Shown: positions 9,291 through 20,400 of the stretch, piece by piece
Numbering within the stretch: position 1 is the stretch's first letter
Layout: each line of letters begins with the position of its first letter
Assembly (NCBI GenBank): GCA_918797485.1
Contig: CAKKNE010000002.1
Location: 2,728,001 to 2,792,000 of the forward strand
Direction: 5' to 3'
DNA: 64,000 bases
Origin: Pelagomonas calceolata
Taxonomy: Eukaryota
Position numbers and translations under genes: made by a program
The notes under the pieces: generated by a model
Told to the model about the DNA's origin: nothing
What the model saw: only the letters and a program-made list of their open reading frames with translations
Database searches by the model: none

Positions 9291-9650
9291 GCGGCGCGGC
9301 GTCGCGACTCTTCGGCGCTCGCGCGCGGCGCATCGCCGCCGTTGTTTTGCGGCCCTCGGCGTACTCGCGGCAAAAGTCCTGGAAGGCGACGCTCGTGTCG
9401 CTCCGCGCTTCAAAGCGCTCCCTCAACTCTCTTGTGTGGTCTTGCCACTCGGCGTCCGTGAGCCAGGGGCCGACTTTCGTGCCCTCAAGACGGTCGAGGC
9501 CCGCGACAAGGACCATTAATCAACGCTTGCCGCGTCAATACTCAGCAAACGACTCCAGTCAAATCAAGGTCAAAAACCTGTTTTGTTTGGACCCTGCGAG
9601 GACGGCGAACGGCGAAGAGGACAGTGCTAAATACAGAACAACCTACTCAC

Positions 9651-10382
9651 TCAACCCCTCCGCTTCCGCCGCCGCCGCCGCCGCCGTATCTGCCGGTCGT
9701 CGCCCTCGCCGGCGGGCGCGACGCCGGAGACGACTCGGCTAAAGGACTCTGGGTCCTTGACCGATCCAGGATCGACGAGAACCAGGTACGCCCGCGTCTC
9801 GTCGTCCGGCAGGCAGAACGTCTTCAGGCGCGACGTGTCGCTCGGCGCCGACCGCGGGATGATGTCGACGAGCGGCGCCTCGTCGACGCGCTCGCCGCCG
9901 GCCGGACCGTAGGTCGTCACCCGCAGCGTGGGCGCCGCCGGCGCCGCGGAGTCGATGACGAGGCGGCCCACGGTCTTCGCGGCGAGCGTGCGCACGACGA
10001 ACGCCCCGCACGCGACGCTCGAGACGCCGATGAAGCCCACGATGCCGCTGTTCGAGGCGATGGCGCCCGTCGGGTCGATGATGAATGCGTCCGCGGCCAC
10101 GTAGCCGAGCCAGCACGTCGCGTAAACGCCGCCGAAGGCCGACAGCGCCTTGAACTTGAACGACTGGTCGCTCTCGTAGATGAGGTGCTGCGATTCGTCA
10201 TCTGTGCGCAGCGTGGCGTGGCAGCGGTGCTGCAGGAGCTGTCCAAGGGCTGGAAAGCAGCGATGCGGACGGCGCCGCGCCGGCGTCAGCGCGAGTCGCA
10301 GCGGTGGTCGCAGAGCAATACCTAATCGACGACGCGTGCCGGTGCGAGACGCTGCCAGCCGGCGCGCGCTGCAGCGCAGCAT
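9651..10382 (-). CDS. Mitochondrial 2-TM protein, TMEM70/186/223-like
   Basis: Arg-rich presequence, LIYE, two hydrophobic helices, then V.RLVID...LRVTTYG. Confidence 0.55.
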   Translation of the reverse strand: MLRCSARRLAASRTGTRRRLGIALRPPLRLALTPARRRPHRCFPALGQLLQHRCHATLRTDDESQHLIYESDQSFKFKALSAFGGVYATCWLGYVAADAFIIDPTGAIASNSGIVGFIGVSSVACGAFVVRTLAAKTVGRLVIDSAAPAAPTLRVTTYGPAGGERVDEAPLVDIIPRSAPSDTSRLKTFCLPDDETRAYLVLVDPGSVKDPESFSRVVSGVAPAGEGDDRQIRRRRRRRKRRG

Positions 10383-10453
10383 TGCTAACAGTAAAGTGCG
10401 GCGGTTCCTAACCCGTCTGGGCCGCCCAGGTCAATATTCGCTATCAAGTGCTT

Positions 10454-10476
10454 GCTAGCGTAACGAGACGCTCTAG
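10454..10476 (+). promoter_or_regulatory. Degenerate CTAG bipartite motif copy
   Basis: gctagcgtaacgagacgctctag between divergent starts 10382(-) and 10613(+). Confidence 0.45.
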
Positions 10477-10612
10477 GCCTCGGCCCAGTAGTGTGAGGCT
10501 TTGGTGTGCGTAAGAGGACTGACTGATAAGAATAATCTCTGCGCCTCGTAAAATACGAGCACTGATCGCTCACATTAGCCGCGCCTCAAAGACACGCTCT
10601 GATCGATAAGCA

Positions 10613-11923
10613 ATGCGGCGCCTCATCTACGCAGCACTGTGCGCCGCCGCGGCACATGGCATCACAATAGCGCCAGGGTGGGAGCAGCGCCTCACAAATG
10701 AGCTTCATAAAATAGCACGCAACGAGTCGCAAAAGTACAACTGCTCGGTCAGCATCGCCTTCCGCAGCGCTCGCGGCAAAGCCGCCGCGGCCTTCGGCGC
10801 CGTCGACCCGACCGGCGCGCCCGCGACGACGAGCGACGTCTTCGTCTGGGGCAGCGTCACGAAGGTCGTGACCGGCGCCTCTATACTCAGACTCGTGGCC
10901 GACGGCCACCTCGCGCTGGACGACGCCGCGGCGCCCTACGTGGACCGCTTCCTCGCGAGGCTGGGCGTGGCGTGGACGCTCGGCGACCTCTGGGGCGCCC
11001 GGAACGTCTCCAGTACCAGCATCAGGGACCTGCTGGGCATGACATCGTCGGTGCCCGACTTCGATACGGCGAATCCCTGCTTTCCGCAGCCCTGTAAGCT
11101 GACGGACCCGATGCGGCAGTTACTGTATAGCACGAAGCAGCCCTACGGACCCCTCGATTTACTAAGCTTGCCCTGGGTCAACGCCTCGTGGCGCCCGCCG
11201 TGCAAGGCCTTTTCGCCCGCGTTGGAGCCGTTCTGCTACTCGTCGACGGGCTTCATGCTCCTGGGCATGGTCCTCGGTGTGTTCCAGAACGCCACGTCCA
11301 TCGCGGCGGTGGACCAGGGTGTTTACCTGCCGCCTTCCATCAAAAGTCGCGCGGGTTTCGTCTCAAATGGAAAGCCGCCCGCGTCCTACACGCGCGTCCA
11401 CGGAATAGATAGGACGTCGTACGACGCGCCGCCGGGCCAGACGAACCATGAAGATGTGTTCGAAATCCCGGGCGTCTTCGCGGGCTGGAGCGCGTCGGAC
11501 TTTGTGGGCGACGCCCAGGCCGCCGCCGACGTGGCGTTCGCTATCTACGGTTCGAAACGAGTGACGCCGAACGCCGACCTCATGATCCCTGGGAACGGGA
11601 CGAAGAAGAAGGCGATCTACGGGCTGGCGACCTTCGACCTCGCCTCGAGTACGGGCCAGAAGGGCGACTGGGGCGTCGCCTACGGCCACATGGGCGCGAC
11701 CTACGGCTACCAGTCGCTGATCGCCTACTTCCCGAAGTTAGAAGCTGCCATCGCCGTCGGCACTTCCCTCGAGACGGACACGCAGCAGCACCCGTCTGAC
11801 ACGTTGTGTTTCGCCTACAACAAGGCCGTCGACGTCGTCTACGGCGTCGCGCACGCGTGCTCGTTCGCGGCGGGGTCGTACTACGGCGGGGCTTGCGTGT
11901 GCGAGCCGATTCCCGTCTCGTAA
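10613..11923 (+). CDS. Secreted beta-lactamase-family serine hydrolase
   Basis: Signal peptide; SxxK (GSVTK), DLLGMTS, FCYSS and YGHMG motifs. Confidence 0.85.
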   Translation: MRRLIYAALCAAAAHGITIAPGWEQRLTNELHKIARNESQKYNCSVSIAFRSARGKAAAAFGAVDPTGAPATTSDVFVWGSVTKVVTGASILRLVADGHLALDDAAAPYVDRFLARLGVAWTLGDLWGARNVSSTSIRDLLGMTSSVPDFDTANPCFPQPCKLTDPMRQLLYSTKQPYGPLDLLSLPWVNASWRPPCKAFSPALEPFCYSSTGFMLLGMVLGVFQNATSIAAVDQGVYLPPSIKSRAGFVSNGKPPASYTRVHGIDRTSYDAPPGQTNHEDVFEIPGVFAGWSASDFVGDAQAAADVAFAIYGSKRVTPNADLMIPGNGTKKKAIYGLATFDLASSTGQKGDWGVAYGHMGATYGYQSLIAYFPKLEAAIAVGTSLETDTQQHPSDTLCFAYNKAVDVVYGVAHACSFAAGSYYGGACVCEPIPVS

Positions 11924-11989
11924 TCGGCGGCGGCGGGTGACATTCCCCCGCTACCCATCGTAAGCAATTGTGTATCGTGCTTAGGCGTC

Positions 11990-12835
11990 CTAGTTGGGAT
12001 TGGTCTCCGCGGCCCGCGGGAGCGCGGCGACGGCGGCCGCGGAAACGTAGAAGCCAGTGTGGGCCCAGAAGGCGACGACGCGCGGGAATATTTCCTCGGG
12101 GATGTGCGCCGTGAAATTCGTCGCGAGCATCGATGCGAGTGCCCGCGTGTGTGCCTTTTCGTAGGCCTTGAAGCCGCCGGCCGCCTCAATCATGCGCAGA
12201 TACTCGTAGCGCTGCGCCACCAGGGTGTCTCCTTGCTCCTCGTTGTAAGCCTGCATTCTCTTCCAGGAGTTCGGAATCTCAGCCCCGGCTTGGAGGAATA
12301 GGGGCCACAGGCGGTGATACCCGTGGCAGACCGCAATCCTAAACGGAGTTTCATTCAAAGGTGGGTTGTTCTGGGACGCGTGATCAGCGCCGGCCGCCAG
12401 TAGCAGTCGAACAATTTCGTTGTACTCCGGCGCTCGGTGCCCCCGCAATACTGCGTGGTGCAGTATCGTGGTTCGGAATCCATTGGGATTCGCCGGCACG
12501 TTCGGGTCCGCTCTGGCCGAGAGAAGTAGCCGCACAAACTCGGGCCGGCACTGGTCCACCGCTGAACCAAGGGGGGTTAATGGAGGATTATTCCGAGAGT
12601 CAGTCGGGGGACCGTCGGGGAGGGCGCCGGCGTCGAGACAAAGTTCGACGCAAGCGAAGATATTTCGTACAGCGTCGTAGTCCTTCGAACGTGTCATTTT
12701 TTTTAGCATGTGCATGGCCCATTCGATCGCACATTGGCCCATGTAGGAGCCTAGCTCGTTTGGGTCCGCGCCGCGGGCGAGCAGAACGCGGACTAGTTCG
12801 ACGTCGCCGTTGGCGACGGCGGGACATAATGACAT
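11990..12835 (-). CDS. Ankyrin-repeat protein
   Basis: VRVLLARGADPN, TPLGSAV..VRLLLSARADPN, ILHHAV..IVRLLLAAGAD. Confidence 0.85.
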   Translation of the reverse strand: MSLCPAVANGDVELVRVLLARGADPNELGSYMGQCAIEWAMHMLKKMTRSKDYDAVRNIFACVELCLDAGALPDGPPTDSRNNPPLTPLGSAVDQCRPEFVRLLLSARADPNVPANPNGFRTTILHHAVLRGHRAPEYNEIVRLLLAAGADHASQNNPPLNETPFRIAVCHGYHRLWPLFLQAGAEIPNSWKRMQAYNEEQGDTLVAQRYEYLRMIEAAGGFKAYEKAHTRALASMLATNFTAHIPEEIFPRVVAFWAHTGFYVSAAAVAALPRAAETNPN

Positions 12836-12899
12836 GACGAATCGTCGCGTTGTGGGCCGATCAAGCCGAGCGCCCTTATTCGTCTTCCAGCCCGCGTGA

Positions 12900-12923
12900 G
12901 CTAGCGGAGTGTAAGACACTAGC
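12900..12923 (+). promoter_or_regulatory. CTAG bipartite motif copy
   Basis: gctagcggagtgtaagacactagc between divergent starts 12835(-) and 13084(+). Confidence 0.75.
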
Positions 12924-13083
12924 AAAGCACCAGGACTTTTGCTCGACCTTTGCGCTGCGTGAACGCTCAGAGTGGCTTAGAGGCAGCCAGTTGTACGCCG
13001 TCAAGGCAAGGCATCGTAGCAGCCCGCCGACGCCAACAGCTGCGGCGCCACAACGCGCCACAGACCACAGCCAGCAAAAAAGC

Positions 13084-13767
13084 ATGATCGTCTACGCCCT
13101 CGTCGCGCGGGGCCGCACGGTGCTGGCCGAGTTCACGAGCCAACGGGGCAACTTCTCGACAGTAACGAGAGCTCTCTTATCAAAGATCCCGGCCGCGGAC
13201 GGCCGCATGTCTTATGTGTGCGACGACCACGTGTTCCACTACCAAGTTGTCGACGGCATCACGTATCTGTGCATGGCCGACCAGGAAGGTAAAAGAAGAA
13301 TAGCCTTCGCCTTCCTGGAGGACGTGAAGCGGCGCTTCGAGTCGAACTACGGTTCCTCAAAACACGACGCGGCCCCGTTCGCGCTCAACGCGGACTTCGC
13401 CCCCACACTAGAGCGGCAGCTGACCTTCTACAACTCGGACCCCTCGTCGGACGACCTACAGCGCGTCCAGACGCAGTTGGAAGCGGTCAAAGGGGTGATG
13501 GTCGAAAATGTGGAAAAAGTGCTGGAACGGGGCGAGAAATTCGAGTTATTGGTGGACAAGACGGACCGGTTGGCGCGCCAGGCGTTCCGCTTCGAGTCGT
13601 CCTCCCGAGAGCTGAAGTCGGCCATGTTCTGGCGCAAGGTCAAGATGTACTCCATTTACTTTGGCGTCGCTGCCGTTCTTGGATTGATCTTGGTGTCGTG
13701 GGCCTGCGGCGGCGTGACGGCTCCGAGTTGTAGATCTAAACCTGATGCGAAACGGCGGCTCGTGTAA
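13084..13767 (+). CDS. VAMP7: Vesicle-associated membrane protein 7 family (longin R-SNARE)
   Basis: MIVYALVARGRTVLAEF..GNF longin domain; VKGVMVENVEKVLERGEKFELLVDKT synaptobrevin motif; C-terminal TM. Confidence 0.92.
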   Translation: MIVYALVARGRTVLAEFTSQRGNFSTVTRALLSKIPAADGRMSYVCDDHVFHYQVVDGITYLCMADQEGKRRIAFAFLEDVKRRFESNYGSSKHDAAPFALNADFAPTLERQLTFYNSDPSSDDLQRVQTQLEAVKGVMVENVEKVLERGEKFELLVDKTDRLARQAFRFESSSRELKSAMFWRKVKMYSIYFGVAAVLGLILVSWACGGVTAPSCRSKPDAKRRLV

Positions 13768-13799
13768 CAAACATGTGATTAAACCTAGCGGCGACGGCG

Positions 13800-14024
13800 T
13801 CAGAGCTCGGCGCCGCCTCGCGTCGGCCCTCGCGCGGGCGCACGCGGCCGCGGCGGGCACTTGCGGCAGGAAACCGGGCAGTGCTCGGCCATCCAGTCGC
13901 GCATCTCGTCGCTGTCGCACTCGCCCTCCTCCGCCCAGTCGCTACAGTCGATGTTGCGATCGTGGCAGTCGTCGGCTGACGCGACGGCGAGCAGCGCCAG
14001 CGTCGCGCGGGCGAGCCATCGCAT
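13800..14024 (-). CDS. Small secreted single-ShKT-domain protein
   Basis: Signal peptide plus CHDRNIDCSDWAEEGEC...WMAEHCPVSCRKC; ends in AEL. Confidence 0.75.
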   Translation of the reverse strand: MRWLARATLALLAVASADDCHDRNIDCSDWAEEGECDSDEMRDWMAEHCPVSCRKCPPRPRAPARGPTRGGAEL

Positions 14025-14260
14025 CGATGCAGCTGTCACCCGACCAGACAAAGCCAGTTGGTTAGCCCTGCGGCCCGTAGCTGATTCCTGCGGCAGAGCA
14101 CTGAGGGTTGGGAGAGCAGATCTCTGCGAGAGAGCCGAAGCGATGCTCAACGACTGCGACAACAAAGCGTCGTACTTGAGGCAAGCCTAAGCGCACGCGT
14201 GTGCTCAAAAGCTCTTGCCACTGGATGAGCTCTGGCCCGGCACAGCCTGCCTGGCTGCTT

Positions 14261-14284
14261 GCTAGTGTCTTACAGAACGCTAGC
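14261..14284 (-). promoter_or_regulatory. CTAG bipartite motif copy
   Basis: Reverse complement gctagcgttctgtaagacactagc between divergent starts 14024(-) and 14439(+). Confidence 0.75.
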
Positions 14285-14438
14285 TCTTTGTACAAGAGAG
14301 ACCCATCCCTTACAGCCCTCCAATTCTCCATGAAGAGCTCCCCCACCGTTCTCTCGCGAACAACCCGCGCGCGTCCCTGTGCTGCTGTGCCTTTTGCATG
14401 CTGCCCTCTCCGTGGCGCGCTGCCCCGAGCGGTCGAGA

Positions 14439-17400
14439 ATGGGTGCAAGCGACGTCGAAAAAGCGACGACCGCAAACAGAAAGGGCTGGCTCCACGTCCA
14501 GGACGAGGACAGCCCCGCCCAGGTCCTCTGGCACGCCGCTCTGCTCGCAGCGACGCTCTGGAGCTGCGCGCGCGCGCCCCTGATCGACGGGCCCTCTTCG
14601 GATGGAGCGTTCGACGTACTTGCCGACCTCGTTTTTGTGGGAGAGGTCTTCGTCCAGTTCCTGTTCCCGCTCTACGACGGCGAGAGCCGCGAGCTCGTCG
14701 ACGACGTGCGGCAGATCCGCGACCGCTACCTCCACTCGCGGCGGTTCTACGTTAACATAGTGTTGGCGCTGCCAGTCTGCTCCAGCCACATCAAGCCGCT
14801 CGCGCGCGCCACGGCCGTCGTCCGGTCGCTGCGCGCCGCGAAGTGCAAGCCGACCTTATTATCATTACGCGGCACCCTCCAGCGCGTCCGCGACGTCGCC
14901 GTGGCGGTCGAGCTCGTGGAGTTGGCGACAGTCCTGCTCTACGCGACGCTGTTGACGTTGGTGCTCGCGGGCGCGCGCTGGGCGCCGCGGCTGCCCTACG
15001 ACGCCAGGAACCTCGTGCTGACGATTATGGTCGTCACGTTATCTTTAGCGCTCCACGCCGTGGCCTTCGCGAACCTCCAGTCCGCGAACGACGCCATGAA
15101 CGTGGTAGAAGCGCACCACGACAAACAAACAAAACCAGTCCTGCAATTCCTCGACGAATCAAATGTCGACGACGACACTCAGTTACGTGTCCGCGCGCAT
15201 TTCGACTACCTGATGGTGAAGCAGGGCGGCCTGGCCGACGACCGGATCCTGGCCGAGCTGCCCGCTTCCTTAGTACGGCGCGTCCGGGACCAGAACCGGT
15301 CGCTGCTCGTGAAGGTGCCGTTCTTTTCTCCAGCGAGTCGCCCCCCAAAATTCCTCGACGCGGTCGTCGACGCGCTTTCCACGAGAATCTTCCTGCCGAA
15401 CCAGTGGCTCGTCGAGCCCTACTCGACCAAAAGGGAGCTCTTCGTCCTCCGCGAGGGCGTCGCGATTGTAATAAGCGGGCGCCAGACCGTCGCGACCTTG
15501 ACGCGGGGCGACGTCGTCGGCGACTGGGGGTGCATCCTCGGGGGACGAGCCACCCTGGGCGTCCGCGCGGGGCCGCAGTCCTTCGTCGAAGCGCTGGCGT
15601 TGGACCACGCGACGCTCTCGAGAATCATCGCCGCGTGCAAGCCGCACCCCGACGACGCGTTCCGGGCGGCCGTCGCCGAGAAGCGGGACCGGGCCCTCGC
15701 CAAGGCGAAAATAGCGCTGGCGTTCCGGAAGAAGCAGGGCGAGTCGACGGAGGCGGACGGAGGCGGCGGAGGCAACGGAGGCCAAGTCGTCGGGGCCAAG
15801 ACGCCGGGGCCAAGGCGGCCGGGGCAAGGCGCCGAGGCCAAGGCGACGGAGGCGACGACGGCCGCGCCGACGCCAAAGCGTCGAAGCAAGGACGAGCCGG
15901 TGTCGCTGCTCGACGAGAATGACCCGGGCGTCGTCGCAACGAAGGCGCGTCGGGACGAAGGGTTGGAACGGTGGCGGGACGCGGGGCCGGCGAAGAAAGT
16001 ACTCCCGTCGACCTCGTACCGGCCGACGCAGCGCGTCGTGCTGCCGGACTCGACGGGGCGCTTCGCCTGGGACTGCTTGCTGGTGCTGCTGCTCGCCTAC
16101 GCCTGCGTCCGCCCGCAGCTGCGATTGCTCGGCAACAGGGACGCCTTCGACGCGTCGCTGATCGCGGACTATGTGTGCGACCTGCTCTTCGCTTGTGATT
16201 TGGTCCTGCGCCTGTGGTTCTTCGGCGTCCACGTGGAAGAGGACGGCCGCGAGGTGCTGGTCGTGGACCGCCGGGAGATCTTCCATCAGCACGTCACGTC
16301 GAAGCGGTTCTGGATCGACGCTGTATCAACCATACCGTTCGACCTGCTGGGCTTCGTGAACGGGCGCTGGTGGCGCGTCCTGCGGCTGCCGCACGTCGCG
16401 CGGATCCTGAACCTCGATTCCTATATAAGGACGCCGTTGACGTTCGTCGAAGAGCATCTTGAAGTCGATATGGACGCGAGGACGGTGCCCGTCGCGGTCC
16501 AGCTCGGCCAGCTCGCTTTCACCATAGTGACGGTGGCGTGCGTGCGTGGGATGCGAGGGAATGATGATGAGGCCTTTCCGCAACTCGCGCACGGCGCGCT
16601 CCGGGACCTGATGACCGTGGACTACGTGACGATCAAGGAGGCCGCCGTGGCGAAGCGCCACGTCGACCTCGTTTTGTCGGTGGGCCTCGTGGCCTTCTTC
16701 GCCACGCTCGTCTCGCGCGGCGCGTTACTCCTGAGACGCGCGGACCTCACGGACCGGAGCCCGGGCCACGCGCGGCGCGTCTGCGAGGCGTTTCTGGCGA
16801 GCCATCATGCGTCGGTCGCCCTCAGGACGCGCATCGACGCGTACCTCGCCCACCTTGAGTCGTCGGGCGACGGCGCGCGGTCGCTCGCCGCGCTGCCGCC
16901 CGATCTGAGGAATGATGTCGAGGCCTCGCTGCTGAAGCCGGCCTTCGACGCGTCGCCGCTCCTACGGGACCTCGACGGCCGCTTCCGGGCGCAGCTCGCC
17001 GCGGCGGCCGAGCGCCACGTCTACGCGGCGGGCGATGTCCTCTCCAATAATGAGGGGGCCTTCTACCTCAAGGCGGGCGCCGTGGAGATTTTTCGGGGCG
17101 AGGACGTGGTCACGCGGCTCGGCCCGCGCGACGGCTTCGGCGAGGACGCGCTGCTGGACGCGGTGCCAGCGACCTACGGCGCGCGCGCCGAGAGTATCGT
17201 CGAGGCGTGGCACCTGCCCCGGCGGCGCTTCCTGGAGCTGCTTCGCCAGTACCCGGCCATCCGCGAGCGCCGCGACGAGCTCCGGTCGAAGCCGGCGCGC
17301 TTCGAAACCGTGGCGCCTCGCAGAGCTCAAATCGTCCGGAACTCGTCGCGCCTCAGGCGGTTGGTGCGGCGGACGACGGCGCGGAACCGGGCCCTCTCCC

Positions 17401-20400
17401 TCGGGACGCGCGACGACGTCCCGGCGCGCGACGCCGCGCAGACGCGCGCGGGCCACGCCTGGAACGTGGCCGCGCTTTCGTTTGTGCTATTCAACGTCAT
17501 GAAAGTGCCCTTCGACGCGGCCTTCCGCGAGGGCCATTCGTTACGGTGGCTCGACTGGCTGCCGTACTACGCGGGCGACGTGCTCCTGGCCATCGACGCC
17601 TTAGTCTGGCACTCGCACGGCGTCGGCGCCGCCTCGAAGGGCGCTCTTTTAGCTACCGTGCCCTTCGACGTGTTCGCGCTCGCGATCACAGACAAAAACC
17701 TCGGCGCGGTGCAGCGCGTCGCGCTGTGCCGCCTGCCGAAGCTTTTACGAGTGCTGGACCTCCCGTCGCTCGCCCGCGCGTGCGCGAACGCGGCCGAGGC
17801 GTTCCTGAAATGCCGCCTCTCCAACAACGCGCGGTCGCTGGCCGCGCTCGCCGGCGGCTACGCGCTCACGGCGCACCTCTGCGCCGTCGGCTTCTTCTGG
17901 TGCGCGAACTCGATCCATCTCCGGGGCGGCGAGTCGTGGGCCGGCGCCGCGGGCTTCCTGCGGGCCTGCTCGCGCGGCGGGGTTGGTGGGTGCGACGTCG
18001 TCGTCGACGTCGCCCCGAACCCGAAATATTTGGACGTCGCCGGCCGCGCGTTTGAGAAGCGGGCCTGGTCGATGAATAGCGCCCTCGACGCCTACGTCGC
18101 GGCGCTGCTCTGGGCCTTTGGAACATTGACGGCGCGCGACCAGCCGTTCGCCGCGACGAGCGGCCGCGAGGTGGCGTTCGCGAGCGGCGCGCTCGGCGCG
18201 GCGATCGTCGTCTTCGCGGTCGTCGTCGCGACGCTCGAGGACGCGGCGTCGGCGGCGGGCCTGTCGCGGTCGCTTTTTTTACGGCGCCTCGAGCGCGCGA
18301 CGCGCTACTGCGACCACCAGCAGCTGCCCGTGGCGCTGCGGCGGAAGTTCCTCGGGGCCTACGACCGGCTCTGGGCCGCGCAGCGCGGCGCGAGCGGCGG
18401 CGACGCCTTAGCGAGGCTGCCGGATAATCTGAGGCGGGACTTCGTCGTGGACGTGGCGCCGCACCTCTCTCATTTATTTTACGTCCGAGCGCTCGGCCAG
18501 GCGGACCTCATCCATGAACTCGCGGCGCGCGTGTCCTTGGAACACTACGCGCGCGGCGACGTTTTATTTGGAGCGGGCGAGCGGGCCGACGCGGCCTTCT
18601 GCGTGACGAGTGGCGTGGTCGACGTCCTGGGGAGCGGCGACGGGTTGTTGCTCGGCCGCTTCTCGACGCAAGTCGTCCTCGGCGAGGGCGAGTTCATCGA
18701 AAGGGCGTTGTATGCCGCGTCGGCGCGGTGCGTGCGGTCGACGCGGTGCGTGCTGCTGACGCACGACGCCTTCCTCGAAGCTCTGAGACGGACGGACCAG
18801 ACCGGGGCGTACCGAGAAAAGGTGCTGGCGACGGCCGGCGAGATTCCGCAACTGCGCACGGACGCGCGCGCGGCCGCCGCGGGCGAAGCGGTCCGGAAGA
18901 CCGCGCCAGAGCGCCCATCGGCGCGCTTCTGGGAGCAGGCGCGGCTCGTCGCGAACGCGGGAGGTCTGCTCTGGTTCGCCACCACCGTGCCGTTCCTCGT
19001 TACGTTTGCTTCGAGCGCCGCGGGGCTCCCCGTGGGCGTCGTCGTCGCCGATGGGTTATTCCTCGCTTTGATGGCGTTTGATTTGTACCTCGATGACGAC
19101 GCGATGATGGTCGACTTCGCGAGCGTCGCGCCCCTCGGGCTGCTGGCCCACGCCTGCCGCTTGGATCGATCCGTGTGCGCGTCACTACGTACGCTGCATT
19201 TGATCATGCTGCGCCGCGGCGCCGAGCGCGTCGATGCCGTGCTCAAGTTTCTGGCCGAGGAGAAGCGCATTCGATGGTTGGGGGCCGCTGGCGCGGGCGC
19301 GGCCGCGCGTTTGTTGATCGTCTTCTGCCTCGCGATCCACTGGGTGGCCTGCTTGTGGTACGGCCTCGCGCGAATCCAGGAAAGGTCCTGGGTCGACGCT
19401 TACCGAAGGCGCGGCGTTTTGAGTTATGACATGAAGACCGGTTCAAATGGAGATAGACGTTTCTGGTATAGGGCCGCCCTCACGTGGGCCTTCTCGACGA
19501 TAACGTCCTTCGGCGACGGCGGCGCCGACGCCACGAATCCCCTCGAGCGGGCCTTCCAGATTTTGGTCATGGCCGCCGGCGTCCTGCTGTGCGACGTGAA
19601 CGTGCTTGCTGTGTTAGCCTCGATCGTGGAATTGAACGCGTTGCAGCGCCACCGGAACTTGCGACGGACGATTTGCGCGCGGAGGTTCATGGGGCGCCTG
19701 AATTTGAAACCGGAACTGAGGAAGAACGTGCTCGACTACTTCGACTACGTCGACGAGAACAAGAACTTGGACGAGGCTTTACTACTCAAGGAGGTGGGCC
19801 GGTCGTGCCGCGAGGACGTATTAAGGCACTTCGCGTTCCGGAAGCTGTGCGATTCGATCAAGTTCGGGGCCTTCCAGGAGGGCGTCGTTGCGTCTCTCGT
19901 AAGAAGCATGGCGCCGCGGACGGCGGCGCCGGGCGAGATCATACTCGAGGGGAACGACGACGCCTACTACGTGCTGCGGGCGGGCCGCGCGCACACCGTC
20001 GATGCGTGCGGTCATTCAGAGCCGGTGTCGACGGGCGCGTTGCTGGCCCAGTCCGAGTTCGTGGCGGCGGCGAAGCGCGTCGGGCCCTGCACGCGATTGC
20101 TCGAGCTCGACGTCTACGAGGCGGTCATATCGAGGGCGGGCACGACGCACCCCTACGTCCGGTGCGTGACGGAGACCGTGACGCCCTTCGGCGTGTCTGT
20201 CAAAAGAGTCGAGTCGGGCGTCCGGAAGTACACGAAGCGTCCCCACTTCGACGAGCGTTTCGAGCTCAAGGTGTACGCGAATACGACGTGCTGCGTCCAC
20301 GTGCTCCACCACCGGCGCGGCCTCGACGGTATTACCATAGGGCGCGTCGAGCTGCGGCTCAGCGAAGGCGCGCCGCGGTGGCACACGATACTCGATGGCA

